Of a stretch of DNA of 64,000 bases, positions 14,750 to 31,826 are shown in pieces. Position 1 is the first letter of the stretch. Every line of letters starts with the position of its first letter. This stretch comes from the human T2T-CHM13v2.0 reference genome, Homo sapiens, in assembly GCF_009914755.1 (NCBI RefSeq), contig NC_060936.1; one strand, given 5' to 3'. The position numbers and the translations under genes are program-made. The notes below the pieces were generated by a model. That model did no database searches. It was not told the DNA's origin and worked only from the letters and a program-made list of their open reading frames with translations.

Positions 14750-15790
14750 GTGCTGTTCAAGCAGACGGTGTGGTAATTTGTCTATAAAAATATGTTGATC
14801 AATTTTGTGAAAAAGCCTGGCATACAATTCGTTCAAATTTTATGACACTATAAACTGACTTAGGATAAAAAAATTAGTTAAGGAATAAATGTGATAAGCA
14901 TGAGCAACTCTGACTGGCAAAGACTCTTATATTAAGAATAGTAAAAATAGGAATAGAATCAACATTGCTGACAGTAGCATGAGAGTAGGTTTTAGGAAAA
15001 CTGAATAAGAACACATACCAGTTTTTATTCTTGTTTGGAGTTAGAAGAACAAGGATTATATGTTTCTTTCTGATTGGAGGTGATGATCTAATATTAACTA
15101 ACATAAACTCCTTCACTTCATTTGTGTTTCTTTTGTGTTCCTCATTCGGAACAAATTGAAATAAGCTGGGGCCATTAAAGAGGTGTATTTTACAACATTC
15201 ATATTGGGTAATGGTCAGAATCCAAAATAACCTGAACAGAATAGAATAGTAGATTCAAATAACAGAATCTAATGTGGAATCCTGAAATTAGTTTTAAAAA
15301 TCATGTGTGAGAGTTCGCTAGTATTTGATGGTTTGAACAAAATGTCTCTACTGGTCATTTGTGGCAGGCTTTCAATCATATTGGGCAGAAATCTGTTTTG
15401 ATTCATCCATGCCTCTCTGACATTCCTGCTATTAAATGTGTGGACTATCTTTTCTGTGGAATAGTATAAATGAGGATTTTGAGTTATCATGAAATCATGA
15501 GTGGTATCTGGGATTTATATACCCCTTTTGTTTCAAGGACTCTGAAAAAATAGCACACATAGAATATAGTAGTAGAGCAAATGGAAATGATGTGGATATT
15601 TTCTTGTCATCTGATTTGATGTGACTGAACAGTGTGATAAGGCTTCTAAAGAAGGTCATGAGGTTTCAGGTTCCATAAACAGTCTGAAACAAGGGATATG
15701 AAAGGTCAATCATACTTTTGGGTGTATTTTTCCCTGTTGACACTGAATCTGGAGTATTTGTTTACAAGCATCTTCTACTGATAGAATGTT
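14750..15790 (+). mobile_element. Highly diverged L3/CR1 fragments
   Basis: GTCAGAATCCAAAATAACCTGAACAGAATAGAA (near 15215) and AACAGTGTGATAAGGCTTCTAAAGAAGG...ATCTGGAGTATTTG (15630-15760) resemble CR1 RT 3' sequence. Confidence 0.5.
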
Positions 15791-16133
15791 AGAGTGGCTC
15801 AAAGCTGCGATATACCATGATTGGTTAGGGAAAAAGATAATTTATATCCCTCCTCCCCTGGTAATAAAAAGATTTAGCAGAAAGAAAGCAGAAGTAGCTA
15901 CAATAAATTCATCTCCAGAGGAGTAAATGCAAAAAAGAACTACTACATAATGTGTAGCATACAATTTGATTGTGAGAAAGTGAGCTTGTAGCCAGATAGA
16001 ATTGAAAGAGGGGACTATATGAACACCAGTTGAAGGTATAAAGGAGAAAATTAATGTTACTTGGAGAGCTGAACTATATAATTGCTTGGCTGTCATTCAA
16101 AGCTGAGATTATTTCACTTTATTTTGTCTAAAG

Positions 16134-16864
16134 CAGTGGTTCTCCATCAGGGGTAATCTGTCTACTCTCCTGAGGACATTTGGCAATGTCAACATACATT
16201 TTTGTTTGTTATGAATGGGGAGGCTCTACGGGCACTTTGAGGATAGAGACCAGGGATGCTGTTAAACATCCTATAATGCAGTGGTACCCAACCTTTTTGG
16301 CACCAGAGGCCGATTTCATGAAAAACAACTTTTCCATGGACTAGGGATGGGAGGATGGTCTCAGGATCATTCACATGCATTACATTTATTGTGCACTTTC
16401 TTTCTATTACTATTATATAATTATAAGGAAATAATTATACAACTCACCATAATGTAGAATCAGTGGGAACCCTGAGCTTGTTTTCCTGCAACTAGGCAGT
16501 CTTTCTGGGGGTGATGGTAGACAGTGACTTATCATCAGGCATTAGGTTCTCATAAGAAGCGTCCAACCTAGATCCCTTGCATGCACGCTTCACAATAGGG
16601 TTCCCACTCCTATGAGAATCTAATGCCACTGCTTATGTGACAGGAAGCAGAGCTCTGGCAGTAATGCAAGTCATGGTAAGCAAACTCGCAGAAATACAGA
16701 TAAAGCTTCATTGGCTCACCATGCCGCTCGCTTCCTTCTGTGTGGTCTGCCTCCTAACCTTTACCAGGGGTTGGGGACCCCCTGCTGTAATGCACAGGAT
16801 AGCTCTCCAAGACAAAAAATTATTCAGCCCAAAATGTCAATAATGCCAAGGTAGAAAAATTCTG
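16134..16864 (+). mobile_element. MER20 (hAT-Charlie) split by MER1A
   Basis: CAGTGGTTCTC...GGACATTTGGCAATGTC...GGGATGCTGTTAAACATCCTATAATG, resuming CACAGGATAGC...CCAAAATGTCAATAATGCCAAGG. Confidence 0.88.
16279..16784 (+). mobile_element. MER1A (hAT-Charlie) nested in MER20
   Basis: TIRs CAGTGGTACCCAACC...GGTTGGGGACCCCCTG. 8-bp TSD CTATAATG/CTGTAATG. Confidence 0.9.
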
Positions 16865-17639
16865 GGCTAAATTAACAGAAAACTGTTTGCATGCAGTAAA
16901 GTATAAACTTTTTCATGTTTATGAATTGATTAAGCCTGAGAAATGTCTGTAGTGGTTAAAAAACAAAAGGATACACCCTCAACTTGTTTTTGTAACAGCA
17001 TGTTTTATGTTTTTTAAGTTTTCTAAGAAAAACTAATTTGTATTCAATTTTTAAGGTTCACTTTGTACGTTTTCCTCCTTTGTACCTTACTTGTGATGTG
17101 TTCCTTTTATTTCCTGGCTTTCCTATTTAGTAACTTTGTTTAAGTTCCATTTCTACCACTGAATTAGGAATTTTCCTATTCTACCTCTCATAGTGATAGT
17201 GATATCTTGCTTTCCCCAAAATTGCTGTCCAAATTCAACTTAGTAATTACATTTGATCCTTCAGAACTTACCTTGTAGTTTCTGTTCTAAAATGTTGGGT
17301 AATTTTCTTACATGATTGAAGTATGTAATCTTTAGCTATGACAACATTTCAAGTCACAGATTTAAAGAAAAGAAAAGCCAATGCTTATGTATTACATATA
17401 CAGTTACCATTTTTCTAATTATGAAGATTCTGGAGTTCCTGAAAAAAGGGGGGTTGCTGATACAGAGATTCATCATTTCAGTATATTTCCTCTTATCTTC
17501 CTTATGACAGCATTCTGCTGTTAGTTAAGTAGTAATAGCAAACATTAATTTAATTTAACAAATAGAGATAAAGATTTTATGTAATGGACATTCTAGACAC
17601 TAAAAAGATTAACTTATTTAATCTGTATAACAACACATG

Positions 17640-18060
17640 AATCATCAGTATTATTATCTCATTTACAGATAAAGTCACAGAAGAGTTAAATAACATGTCC
17701 AAAGCCATTCAGCTAAGTCACAGTACTAAATTCAAAGCTAGCTAGTCTGACTCCACAGTCCACACTTTTGAACACTGTCTTTCTAAATTTTATATTACAT
17801 ATAAAATACTTACATGTATGTATATAGCTATGTACATTATTGTACACAAAACAAGAGTTGTACAAATTATTAGCATATTTTACATATACAACAATCCTAT
17901 GATTGTTTATTTTTTATTTATTATTCCACATTTTGGAATAGAAATAATAGGTTCAGAGCATTTAAATAACTTGCCCCAAATCCTATTAATTTGGGAAGAA
18001 ATCCCAGCTAATCAGTGGAAGAAATGTGATTTGAACTCTGGAAATTTGACTCTATTCCAC
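17640..18060 (-). mobile_element. Two adjacent MIR fragments
   Basis: ATTATCTCATTTACAGAT...GTTAAATAACATGTCCAAAG and TTAAATAACTTGCCCCAAA...GATTTGAACTCTGG MIR cores. Confidence 0.65.
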
Positions 18061-18123
18061 AATGAAATATAATATTGTTTCCTACAAAAATGTGTTAAAT
18101 GAATGAGTAATTTTTTAACATGA

Positions 18124-18389
18124 TTTTTTTTCTTAGTACTCTTTTTTTTAACATATTTTAAGTTCAGGGGTACATGTGCAGGTTTGTTACATAGATAAAC
18201 TTTTATCATGGGGGTTTGTTGTACAGATTATTTCATCACCCAGGTTTTAAGCCTACTACCCATTAGTTATTTTGCCTGGTCCTCTCTCCCTCCTCCCAAC
18301 CTTCACCCGCTGATAAGCCTCAGTGTGTATAGTTCTCCTCAATGTGTCCATGTGTTCTCATCATTTAGCTCCCACTTATAAGGGAGAAC
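18124..18389 (-). mobile_element. Short 5'-truncated L1PA (L1PA11-15-like) 3' end
   Basis: T-tail plus AAGTTCAGGGGTACATGTGCAGG. TSD TTAACATGA on both sides. Confidence 0.88.
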
Positions 18390-19244
18390 TTAACATGAAT
18401 TTTAACTGGGAATGGTCTTGTCATTCACGAATTGTTTTCTAGCTTGCTACCTTACTTTAAATACTGGAGTGTGAAAGAGGTATGCAGGTAGATTTTTTAG
18501 CTTTATTGCATACACAGCTACCATGTTAGCTGAAGGCGTGTTTCTTTTCTGGACATTATTCCATACCCCTTTTAATACAGGTAAAATTCCAGCAATGCAA
18601 ACATCCAGATAAAAATATATATAACTACTCTGCTGTATTGGCCATGATTTCTGTCTTTTTAGGCCCTCAATGTTACCCCACCAACTGTTGCTTATACAAA
18701 TAATGAGTATTATTTCTAATAATTTAAGAAATAAAATAATATTTCTCACTTTTAATACAATATTTACTGAAATGCTTTTCAGAAATATCTACTATTGGAA
18801 AAATAAAACTCAAGATCAAAAAGAAACAAAACTATTAAATTACTTTTGGTACTTTGGTAGACTATATTGTCACTATTAGAATAGCTATGAAGGATATCTA
18901 AATAGTTATGAAGGCTATCTAATGACATGGGAAATGTGTATGTTATGTTACTATGCAAAAGGTAAAATTAATATCTGCACCTTTAAAATAATAATAGAAG
19001 AAAAGATGAGCAGAAAATATATTAAAATATACTTTCAAAATTTCTTCAAAAATTAAATATTTCTTATTTTAATTTTTAATGCTTAATTTTCAGAGCTGAA
19101 ACAGTTATCTCCTTAGATGATTAAGTCTTATGGTTTATTTTCATTTTTAAATATTGTTAGAAGACATTTATTTATTGAGGTATGGAATAAATTTTGTTTT
19201 CCAAATATACTCACTTTCATATAAAAAGAACAATAGGAAAGATA

Positions 19245-19540
19245 TTAATTCATTGAAAAATTATTGAGAATTTGATATGTGTGCAAATGCTATTATGGGG
19301 ATATTTGTGATAAAAATAAAGTCAAGATATGATCTCTGCTCTCCGGGAACTCATAGGCAGGTGTGAATAGCTTCAGCACTATGTCGATTATAAGAGTTTT
19401 ATGGAAGATGTACAAATAGAGGACCATGGGAACTTAAGGAAGTACAGTTCTAGACAATGGGGATCTGCACGGGGTTCATGAAATAAGTCATTCATGCAGA
19501 CCTTTGATGATGAGGACTTCACAGACAGAGAAAGGTGTCT
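19245..19540 (-). mobile_element. L2 3' end fragment
   Basis: ATTCATTGAAAAATTATTGAG...GATATGATCTCTGCTCTCCGGGAACTCATAG. Confidence 0.55.
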
Positions 19541-19586
19541 AGTCACTAGAAATAGAGTGACTAGAATTCTAAACTGTTCTAGTTTC

Positions 19587-20952
19587 TTTTTTTAATTATA
19601 CTTTTTAAAATTATACTTTTAATTTAATTTAATTACTTTTTAAAAAAATTATACTTTAAGTTCTGGGATACATGTGCAGGTATACATAGGTATACACATG
19701 TCATGGTGGTTTGCTGCACCCATCAACCTATCATCTACATTAGGTATTTCTCCTAATGCTATCCCTCCCCTAGCACCCACCCTCCGACAGGCCCCAGTGT
19801 GTGATGTGTTCCCTGTGTCCATGTGTTCTCATTGTTCAACTCCCACTTATGAGTGAGACCATGTGGTGTTTGGTTTTCTGTTCCTATGTTACTTTGCTGA
19901 GAATGATGGTTTCCAGCTTCATCCATGTCCCTGCAAAGGACATGAACTCATCCTTTTTCGTGGCTGCATAGTATTCCATGGTATATATGTGCCACATTTT
20001 CTTTATCCAGTCTATCATTGATAGGCATTAGGGTTGGTTCCAAGTCTTTGCTATTGTGAATAGTGCTGCAATAAACATATGTCTGCATGTGTCTTTATAG
20101 TAGAATGATTTATAATCCTTTGGGTATATACCCAGTAATGAAATTGCTGAGTCAAATGGTATTTCTGGTTCTAGCTCCTTAAGGAATCACCCCACTGTCT
20201 TCCACAATGGTTGAATTAATTTAAACTCCCATCAACAGTATAAAAGCATTCCTATTTCTCCACATCCTCTCCAGCATCTGTTGTTTCCTGACTTTTAATG
20301 ATTGCTATTCTAACTGGCGTAAGATGGTATCTCGTTGTGGTTTGGATTTGCATTTCTCTAATGACCAGTGATGATGAGCTTTAACACCACACATCTGTGA
20401 TAATCTGATCTTTGACAAACCTGACAAAAACAAGCAATGGAGAAAGCATTCCCTATTTAATAAATGGTGTTGGGAAAACTGGCTAGCCATATGCAGAGAA
20501 CTGAAACTGAACCCCTTCCTTACATGTTATACAAAAATTAACTCAAGGTGGATTAAAGATTTAAATGTAAGACCTAAAACCATACAAACCCTAGAAGAAA
20601 ACCTAGGCAATACCATTCAGGACATAGGCATGGGCAAAAACTTCACGACTAAAACACCAAAAGCAATGGCAACAGAAGCCAAAATTGACAAATGGGGTCT
20701 AATTAAACTAAAGCGCTTCTGCACAGCAAAAGAAACTATTGTCAGAGTGAACAGGCAACCTATAGGATGGGAGAAAAATTTTGCAATCTATCCATCTGAC
20801 AAGGGGCTAATATCCAGAATCTAGAGGGAACTTAAACAAGTTTACAATAAAAAAAAACCCATCAAAAAGTGGGTGAAGGATATGAACAGACTCTTCTCAA
20901 AAGAAGACATTTATGAGGCCAACAAACATATGAAAATAAGCTCATCATCACT
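19587..20952 (-). mobile_element. 5'-inverted (twin-primed) L1PA7/8-like insertion
   Basis: Minus-strand 3' part 19587-20382, plus-strand ORF2 part 20383-20952. TSD TGTTCTAGTTTC/TGTTTTAGTTTC. Confidence 0.92.
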
Positions 20953-22682
20953 TGTTTTAGTTTCAACACTTTTTTTTTCTTATCCCAAATGTCAAACTGC
21001 AATTTTTCAATGTCAGCTCCACATAATACTTCTAACAGCTTGGAATCTTTAAATTTGTGCTCTGCAGATGCTATTTTGAAACATGAATGCATTTTGTTCT
21101 ATCTACTTTCCATGTCCACACAAACCTAGGTGACAGGATATGAGCATAGTATTTATATCCATGGACTACTCTCCTTCAATACTCATTATTTTCTTAATCT
21201 TGTTTCTATTTGCTCTTGAGGGACCCAAAAATTATGAGACGCATAAGTAATAACAATTTTTTGTCAAACATCCCATGCAGTGTTATTAGTGTTTTCTAAT
21301 TATCTTCTTTGCTGTAAATCAGTAATCATAAGTAGAGAGTTTTTCTTGTTATACCTGCAAATATGGTTACAATATCAAAACAGTATCTTTATTTGAATGT
21401 GCCAGTTGTTTTACTGAAGCAAACAATGACAGCAAAGGTCTACTGAATAAATGAACTATAGAAAATCATGCATTTTGGATTTGGATTTGAGTTGTACTTT
21501 TGAACTGATTCCCTAAAAATTTCTTCTGCTAAAGATCCCACTTTACGCATTTCTATTTAAATAGGTATTTAAGAGCATGGTTATTGGGAGAAGAAGGGTT
21601 CTTAATTCTTCTTCCTATAAGTCATGTCTAAAAAAGTTATCCTTGAAGATGAAATCAGAGAGTGGAATGAACTTCTTAGGCTACTGATACCTGCCATCAA
21701 CTAAATCTCAAAGTAGCATACCCTAATTCTTCTAAGGCTCAGATGACATTTTCATGCCATTTCTATTTCACCCAGACCAAATTTGAAAGTATTTTAAGAG
21801 CAAATGCAATCTAGTTATCTTCCTTTTTCTTTCAAAAAATACCACAGAATTGGAATAGCAATTCACACACTCTCTCTCAAAGTATTTAAAACTTAAAGAT
21901 AGTTCACCATCTAAATCACTGGGCAGTTTTTACCAGTTTTTACTGCAGTCATATTCCTTTAAACTTCTTTGCCAGATGTTCATTCTCTTCATATTCTTAG
22001 TACCTTGTCATTTTGACTACTACTGGCTAATACTTTCCAGCTTAAAAAATATGGTTTGAAAGAAATTGGCTCTGGTTCTGAAAATAACAGCACAAATGTC
22101 AAGTCTCCAGGTTAACTAAAAATGCCATAACACAGAGAATATATGCATGTTTTGTTTTACATGATATGCAACAGTATCTACCATTGTTTGAACACAACTC
22201 AGAATGCTGGTAAAAGGATTACTGATTCTGAAGTGTTTGTGATATTGAATTGCAAATCTTGACCTAATATATGGTCAAATTATCATTTTAGGAAATAGAA
22301 GAAGTTCAGTTTAAATTATGAAAATACTCTATATGCTCACTTAGTGTCCTTATCTTGAGCAAAATTGTTCCTTTTGATGTCATTTAACTATGGTTTTATT
22401 TCCCTTTTCCTCATGCTTCTATTTACCCCCAGAAATGCATGTACTCTCTGTATTCACATGCAGTGCTGTGCCAAACTAAATGCTATGCTAGAACAATAGT
22501 TTCTAAAATTATAGAAATGGGAACAGGAAATAGAGAATTGTATGGAACATCAAAATCATGATGATTAAAATTATGATCTTTATGAATAACCATGTAATTC
22601 AAATGAGTAAGGTTTGCTGTAAGTTTTCTGATTTCTGATATTCCCTATGGTAAAGGCCATGAATGAACTTCAGAAGAGGGAA

Positions 22683-22729
<47 letters not shown>

Positions 22730-22998
22730 ATCTGTCTATTATCTATCTGTCTTTTACCTATCATCTATCTATTACCTATCTATCTATCTATCTATATCTA
22801 TCTATCTATCATCTATCATCTGTCTATTATCTATCTATCATCTATTATCTATCTATCATCTATCTATCATCTATTATCTATCTATCATCTATCTATTATC
22901 TATCTACCTTTACCTATCTATCATCTGTCTATCTATTACCTATCTATTTATCTATCTATGTATCTGACTATCTATCTATCATCTATCATCTATCTATC
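22683..22998 (+). repeat. Compound (ATCT)n/(GATA)n microsatellite
   Basis: A perfect ATCT run followed by about 270 bp of degenerate units. Confidence 0.97.
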
Positions 22999-25371
22999 TT
23001 TTTTGGAAAGAATAAAGCTCTACAATTTCCTGTTTCCAAAGATCAAGACTCCTCTACCATTTACAAAACCGCTACAGGTTTTTCCATTTCCAACATCAGT
23101 AGAAGCAAGACAGCCAAACCCAAAGAAACTGATTACACAGGTATTGTTTTTCTCTGATTTGATTTACCTTGTGGTTTTCATACCTGTAATTTCAAGAACT
23201 ACTATATTTAAAAATCGAAGGCACACACAAAAAATGTAACATTGAACATCAGTAAATGGCAGTTTTGTGTTCATACATTTTTGCCATATCACTGGGTACT
23301 TGCTATATTGCAGACAATTGCAGAATTTTTAATATAGTAATATGTGAAACATACCTCTTGGACTTAGAAATGAAAGCAACATGTAATGGAAAGATTTCTA
23401 AACTTTCCATAAAAATTAATATAAATGAGAAAATCTAATGTCTTATGTCACTGATAATTATTAGGCTAAATAGAATTATGGTTTTAAGAAATAGAAGAGG
23501 TTTATATATAATGCATTTTGAAAATGAATTTACTACACTTAAAAACTCTTACATTTTTCTTCCTTTTAGTTTATAATAAAATATTGTCATATTATTTAGA
23601 CAATGAGGAGATCCAGTAAATATATCAAAACTCTTGCATATAGTCGCTTCCCTTCCTTCTACAGTTTTTCTTTTATTGCTTTTCCCCCTGCTAGATCTGA
23701 AAATCAGAGGATGGAGCTAGTAGGGAATTCACTGTGTTCTTAGTACGGGCACACACTAAAACCTGAGGTAATATTGAGAAGTGAATCACTGTGAACTGAT
23801 TTCATTCTGAATAGCATATGTTTCTTTGCTGCATGTTTATATAAGCCTTACCTTAAGAGGCAGAGAAATTAGGATTGTGTGGGTTGGGCCTCCAGAAGAG
23901 AAACTAAATGGAGTCTATTCAAAATCCTCAGCTCTGGTTTGTACTTGAAGCATCTGATGGTAAAAAAGAAAAAAAAAATAGACACTGTGGTGGGAAGTAG
24001 GACTGGAAATTAATGGTTATAACCCCAAGAACTATTTATCTTGATATTTTAGTGTTTAAATTTTATAGCAGTAAATAGAGTAGGAACATAAAAAAAGACT
24101 GTGCTTTTTTATTGACTTGAGTAACAATCAGGGAAAATAAAATGCCTGTGAGTTTAAAATGAAAGTGGATTTGGTTTTGCTAATCACTGCTGGTAGTAAG
24201 CAGCTGGCTAGATGTCTTAAATCCCACTTTCAGAAAAGCCTATTTTCTATTGGTGATGATAAATTTTCCCCTTGCTTATACTTATCAGTGGGTGTTCAGT
24301 TGTCACAGTAGATTGGAAATGATTCAGTTCATTTCTTGGGTATTTTCAAAAGCAGGGAAGGATTTCACACTCTGTGGAGTGCTGCTTCACCAGTAGTAAA
24401 GAATATTGCAGCTTATAGGAGTGATAATTAAAGCCAATAATAACCTAGAAGTCTCACAGGCTCTGCAATGTTGGGAGTTAGACTTTTTTTTTTTTTTTTT
24501 TCCACAATTGTATACCTGTCTGGTTGGGGACATTCTTGCTTGCTCCTGAGTCAGGCTGAAACTGCAATTCAATGGGAAATACTGAAATCATATTCCTAAG
24601 TTTTCATGTGAAGAGTTAAAATATGCAAATAAATATTCTAACAATGAAGGTAGTGTATAAAGGTAATATATTATGAAAAAATATCATGGAAGGCTATTTC
24701 AAGATACGCTGTACCATATTGTATATGTGTGAGAAAAAAGAAAAATATTCTAAGTCAAAAGAAGAAAGAAAATAAACTCACAAAGGAAAATGCCTACTAT
24801 ATTCCAAATATTGTAGAAGTAATATATTATAGTCCATACCAAGTAGATAATATAATATCTGACTGTTATAGGCATTTCCTCTTTATTTCTCCTATAAATT
24901 AATGAAAGAGCCATGATTTGTGATATTAAGAAACAAACCAGTTGAGGCATTCCAAATAAGATTCAGAGGAAGCAATTACATCGTCCAAAGAATAAGTGGG
25001 CAAGTAAGTGAGAGGCAGTTATACTAACTGCAATTATAGAGGGTTTACTGGAAAAACATTATGGAGAAACTAAGCATACAACAAGTTAAATCAGAACAGC
25101 AATAAAGGCTATAAACAAGTAGCAAAAATCTTTGATAGATTTTTTTTTTCTTTCCTGGCCTGCCTATTTAAAAGTACAACCTCTTCCACAGCTATCCTAT
25201 TTCATGTTATTTTTTTTCTCTATCACTTATTATCAAAAGGTCACTTCTTTTACTTTCTTTTTAACTGCTGTACCTTCATCCTAGCACATAGTCAGAACTC
25301 AATTAATATTTACAAGAAAAGTGAATCATCTAACATGTCTATTCCCTTCTCATTAAGCCAGGATTCTATGA

Positions 25372-25462
25372 TTAGGTTGGCAAATTCTGTTATTCTATTC
25401 TTACTTTTCTATTCTATTATTATTTTAATGGCAAAATCGCAATAACTTTTCCACCAACCTAA
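25372..25462. mobile_element. MADE1 (Hsmar1 mariner MITE), left arm degenerate
   Basis: TTAGGTTGG...TAATGGCAAAATCGCAATAACTTTTCCACCAACCTAA. Confidence 0.8.
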
Positions 25463-26377
25463 TGATATAAAGTCATTTACTTTTGAAAGAGAAATTCATT
25501 GGGAACCATCATAACCACAGCCAAGACTTAGTAAAAGTATTGTTTTTGTACAATTCTAACATAATTACATTCTGAACTATGCAAGAGCTCAAAAAACATA
25601 TTTCCTTAAAATATTATTTAGAGATTACTAGTCTAATGAGAGAAGTCTAATTTAGAGATTACTAGTCTAATGTAATAAGAATTTGTCTAATAGGAAAAAT
25701 TCTTATTACAGAAAGATTAGGAAATGTTTGTAAGAATACATATTTTATAATAAGTTAGGAATAATTGATGTAATTGGTAGTTATAGTTGAAGGCAAATAG
25801 AAAAGCAACTTAAAAATAAAATATAACTAAAGTAAGACAGTATGAGTATAATAATAGTCAGGCTATATTTTTTGAATATGTCAACACATGCTAGGAAGAA
25901 AGGAAATGCTATTAAGAATGTATATTAGGAAAAACAATGTAAACAATTTCTTCTGATAAATACAGAAGATCAAACTTATTCTTTGCTTTTACTTTTCATA
26001 ATTAGAGAAGTTTTGTTGAAGTACATATTTTGTAAGCTTAAGGGAAACATTTTACATACATATCAAATCCATTTAAAAGATACATGTAAACTGTACATTA
26101 ACTGGACAATGAGACAAAAATAAGCAAAATAGCATCACAGCATAAAGATACAAGGTTTATATACAAACATCTAATTGGAAAAGAATAAGCATAAATGCTT
26201 TAAATTTCTTTAGTTTATAGCAGAGGAAAACTCCAGTTATATGATACTTTTGAAAGAAAAACTAAAGTCCGTACCATATACTAAGGTTGCAAATGAGAAT
26301 CTACAATATAATTGATGGAAGAAGTGAAAAATACAACAGAAGAGAAATAATTCAATAACACCAAAACTATCATCCTA

Positions 26378-26813
26378 TGTATTAGCTTTCTAGGGCTGCT
26401 ATAACAAAGTACCACAAACTAGGTAATTTAGAACAATAGAAATTCATTATGTTGGAGGCCAGAAGTCCAAAATCAAAATATCAGCAGGGTTATATTCCAC
26501 TGGAAGGCATTAGGAAAGAGTGTCTTCTAGGCATTGCTCCTAGCTTCTGGTAGCTTCAGACACTGGCTTGTGGATGGCTCTAGTCTCCTGTGTCCCTTTC
26601 CATGACATTCTCCCCAAGCACGGGTATCTGTGTCCAAATATTCCATTATAAAGACACTAGTCACATTGGATTTGGGACCACCCTATTCCAGTATGATCTT
26701 ATTAACTAATTACATAGCAATGACCCCTATACCCAGATACAGTAACATTCTGAGGTACTAGGGGTTGGACTTCATCATATGCATTTCGGGGGAGCACAAT
26801 TCAACCCATAACA
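26378..26813 (-). mobile_element. MLT1B/C (MaLR) solo LTR
   Basis: TGTATTAGCTTTCTAGGGCTGCTATAACAAAGTACCAC...CACAATTCAACCCATAACA. Perfect 5-bp TSD TCCTA. Confidence 0.92.
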
Positions 26814-27935
26814 TCCTAAAAGTAGAATTAATGTGAGATATAATCTTAAACGATGAAAGTAAATTTATATTAACTCTAACCTATAATAATGTGATATTTT
26901 GGTGTCCAATAATGTAGTTGCAACATAAATCTAAAAAAAGATTTTGCCTTAAAAAGAAAAATCTAAAGAAATATATGTTCATTGAGAGATTTTTAGCAAA
27001 CACCCCGCAGTCTATGACACATAAGGTGATCCAAATAGAGATCCAAATAGAGAAAACACACTTAATACAAAATAGCGGATATATAGTAAAACCATTTCAT
27101 TACAAATGAAATAATTTTACTTTCTTTTCAGAATTTACTGAACATTTTAAAAACATGGAGTTATATTAGGTCATAAAAAAGGAATGAGTATAAAATGCTA
27201 GCATGTTGCAGACTCAGTTCAAGTAGCAGACACTGATATTGACACTATGTTACATAGAGTAAGAAATTAGTAACAAATTTTAAAATGTAAAACCTGACTC
27301 CAGAAGATTTACAAAAGTAGGTCAAAGGGTAAAATCAAATATGTTTAAAAGGTTAAGCCAAAGATGAATTCAGAAATGAATTCATGTCTTAAAATTAAAG
27401 ACTTTATTAATCCTAAAGAAAAAATGACACAATCTAGCCAATAAATTTAAGAAAAAATAAGTGTAACTTCAAAAAAATTAACAATAAAAATATGGAAAAT
27501 AAATAGAAAAAAGATTCAAAGTAAAATTAACTAATAATCTCTAGAAGTATCCTTTGAAGGAACAAGAAACACAGATAAAGTAAATTTTAAAAAGATTGTA
27601 ATTATTTAAATTCTGTGTTTTCATTTTTCTACCTGAGTTGATTCTGAGTAAATTCAAACTATCTTTTTATTTTTTTATTTTTTTTTATTGAATAGGTTTG
27701 CATCTTTTTTTTTTATTTTTATTTTTATTATTATACTTTTAAGTTCTAGGGTACACGTGCACATTGTGCAGGTTAGTTGCAAATGTATACATGTGACATG
27801 CTGGTGCACTGCACCCACTAACTCGTCATCTAGCATTAGGTATATCTCCTAATGCTATCCCTCCCCGCTCCCTCCACCCCACAACAGTCCCCAGAGTGTG
27901 ATATTCCCCTTCCTGTGTCCATGTGATCTCATTGT

Positions 27936-31778
<3,843 letters not shown>

Positions 31779-31826
31779 TTATTTTGCTCGTTAGTTGATG
31801 CAGTTTCTTCCTAATCTCGATGGTCT

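Noticed and set aside
18447-18749. 100-aa minus-strand ORF in unique DNA
   Set aside because: No recognisable domain or codon bias; length is compatible with chance.
22647-23239. ORFs of 93-164 aa rich in YLSI
   Set aside because: Translations of the (ATCT)n microsatellite.
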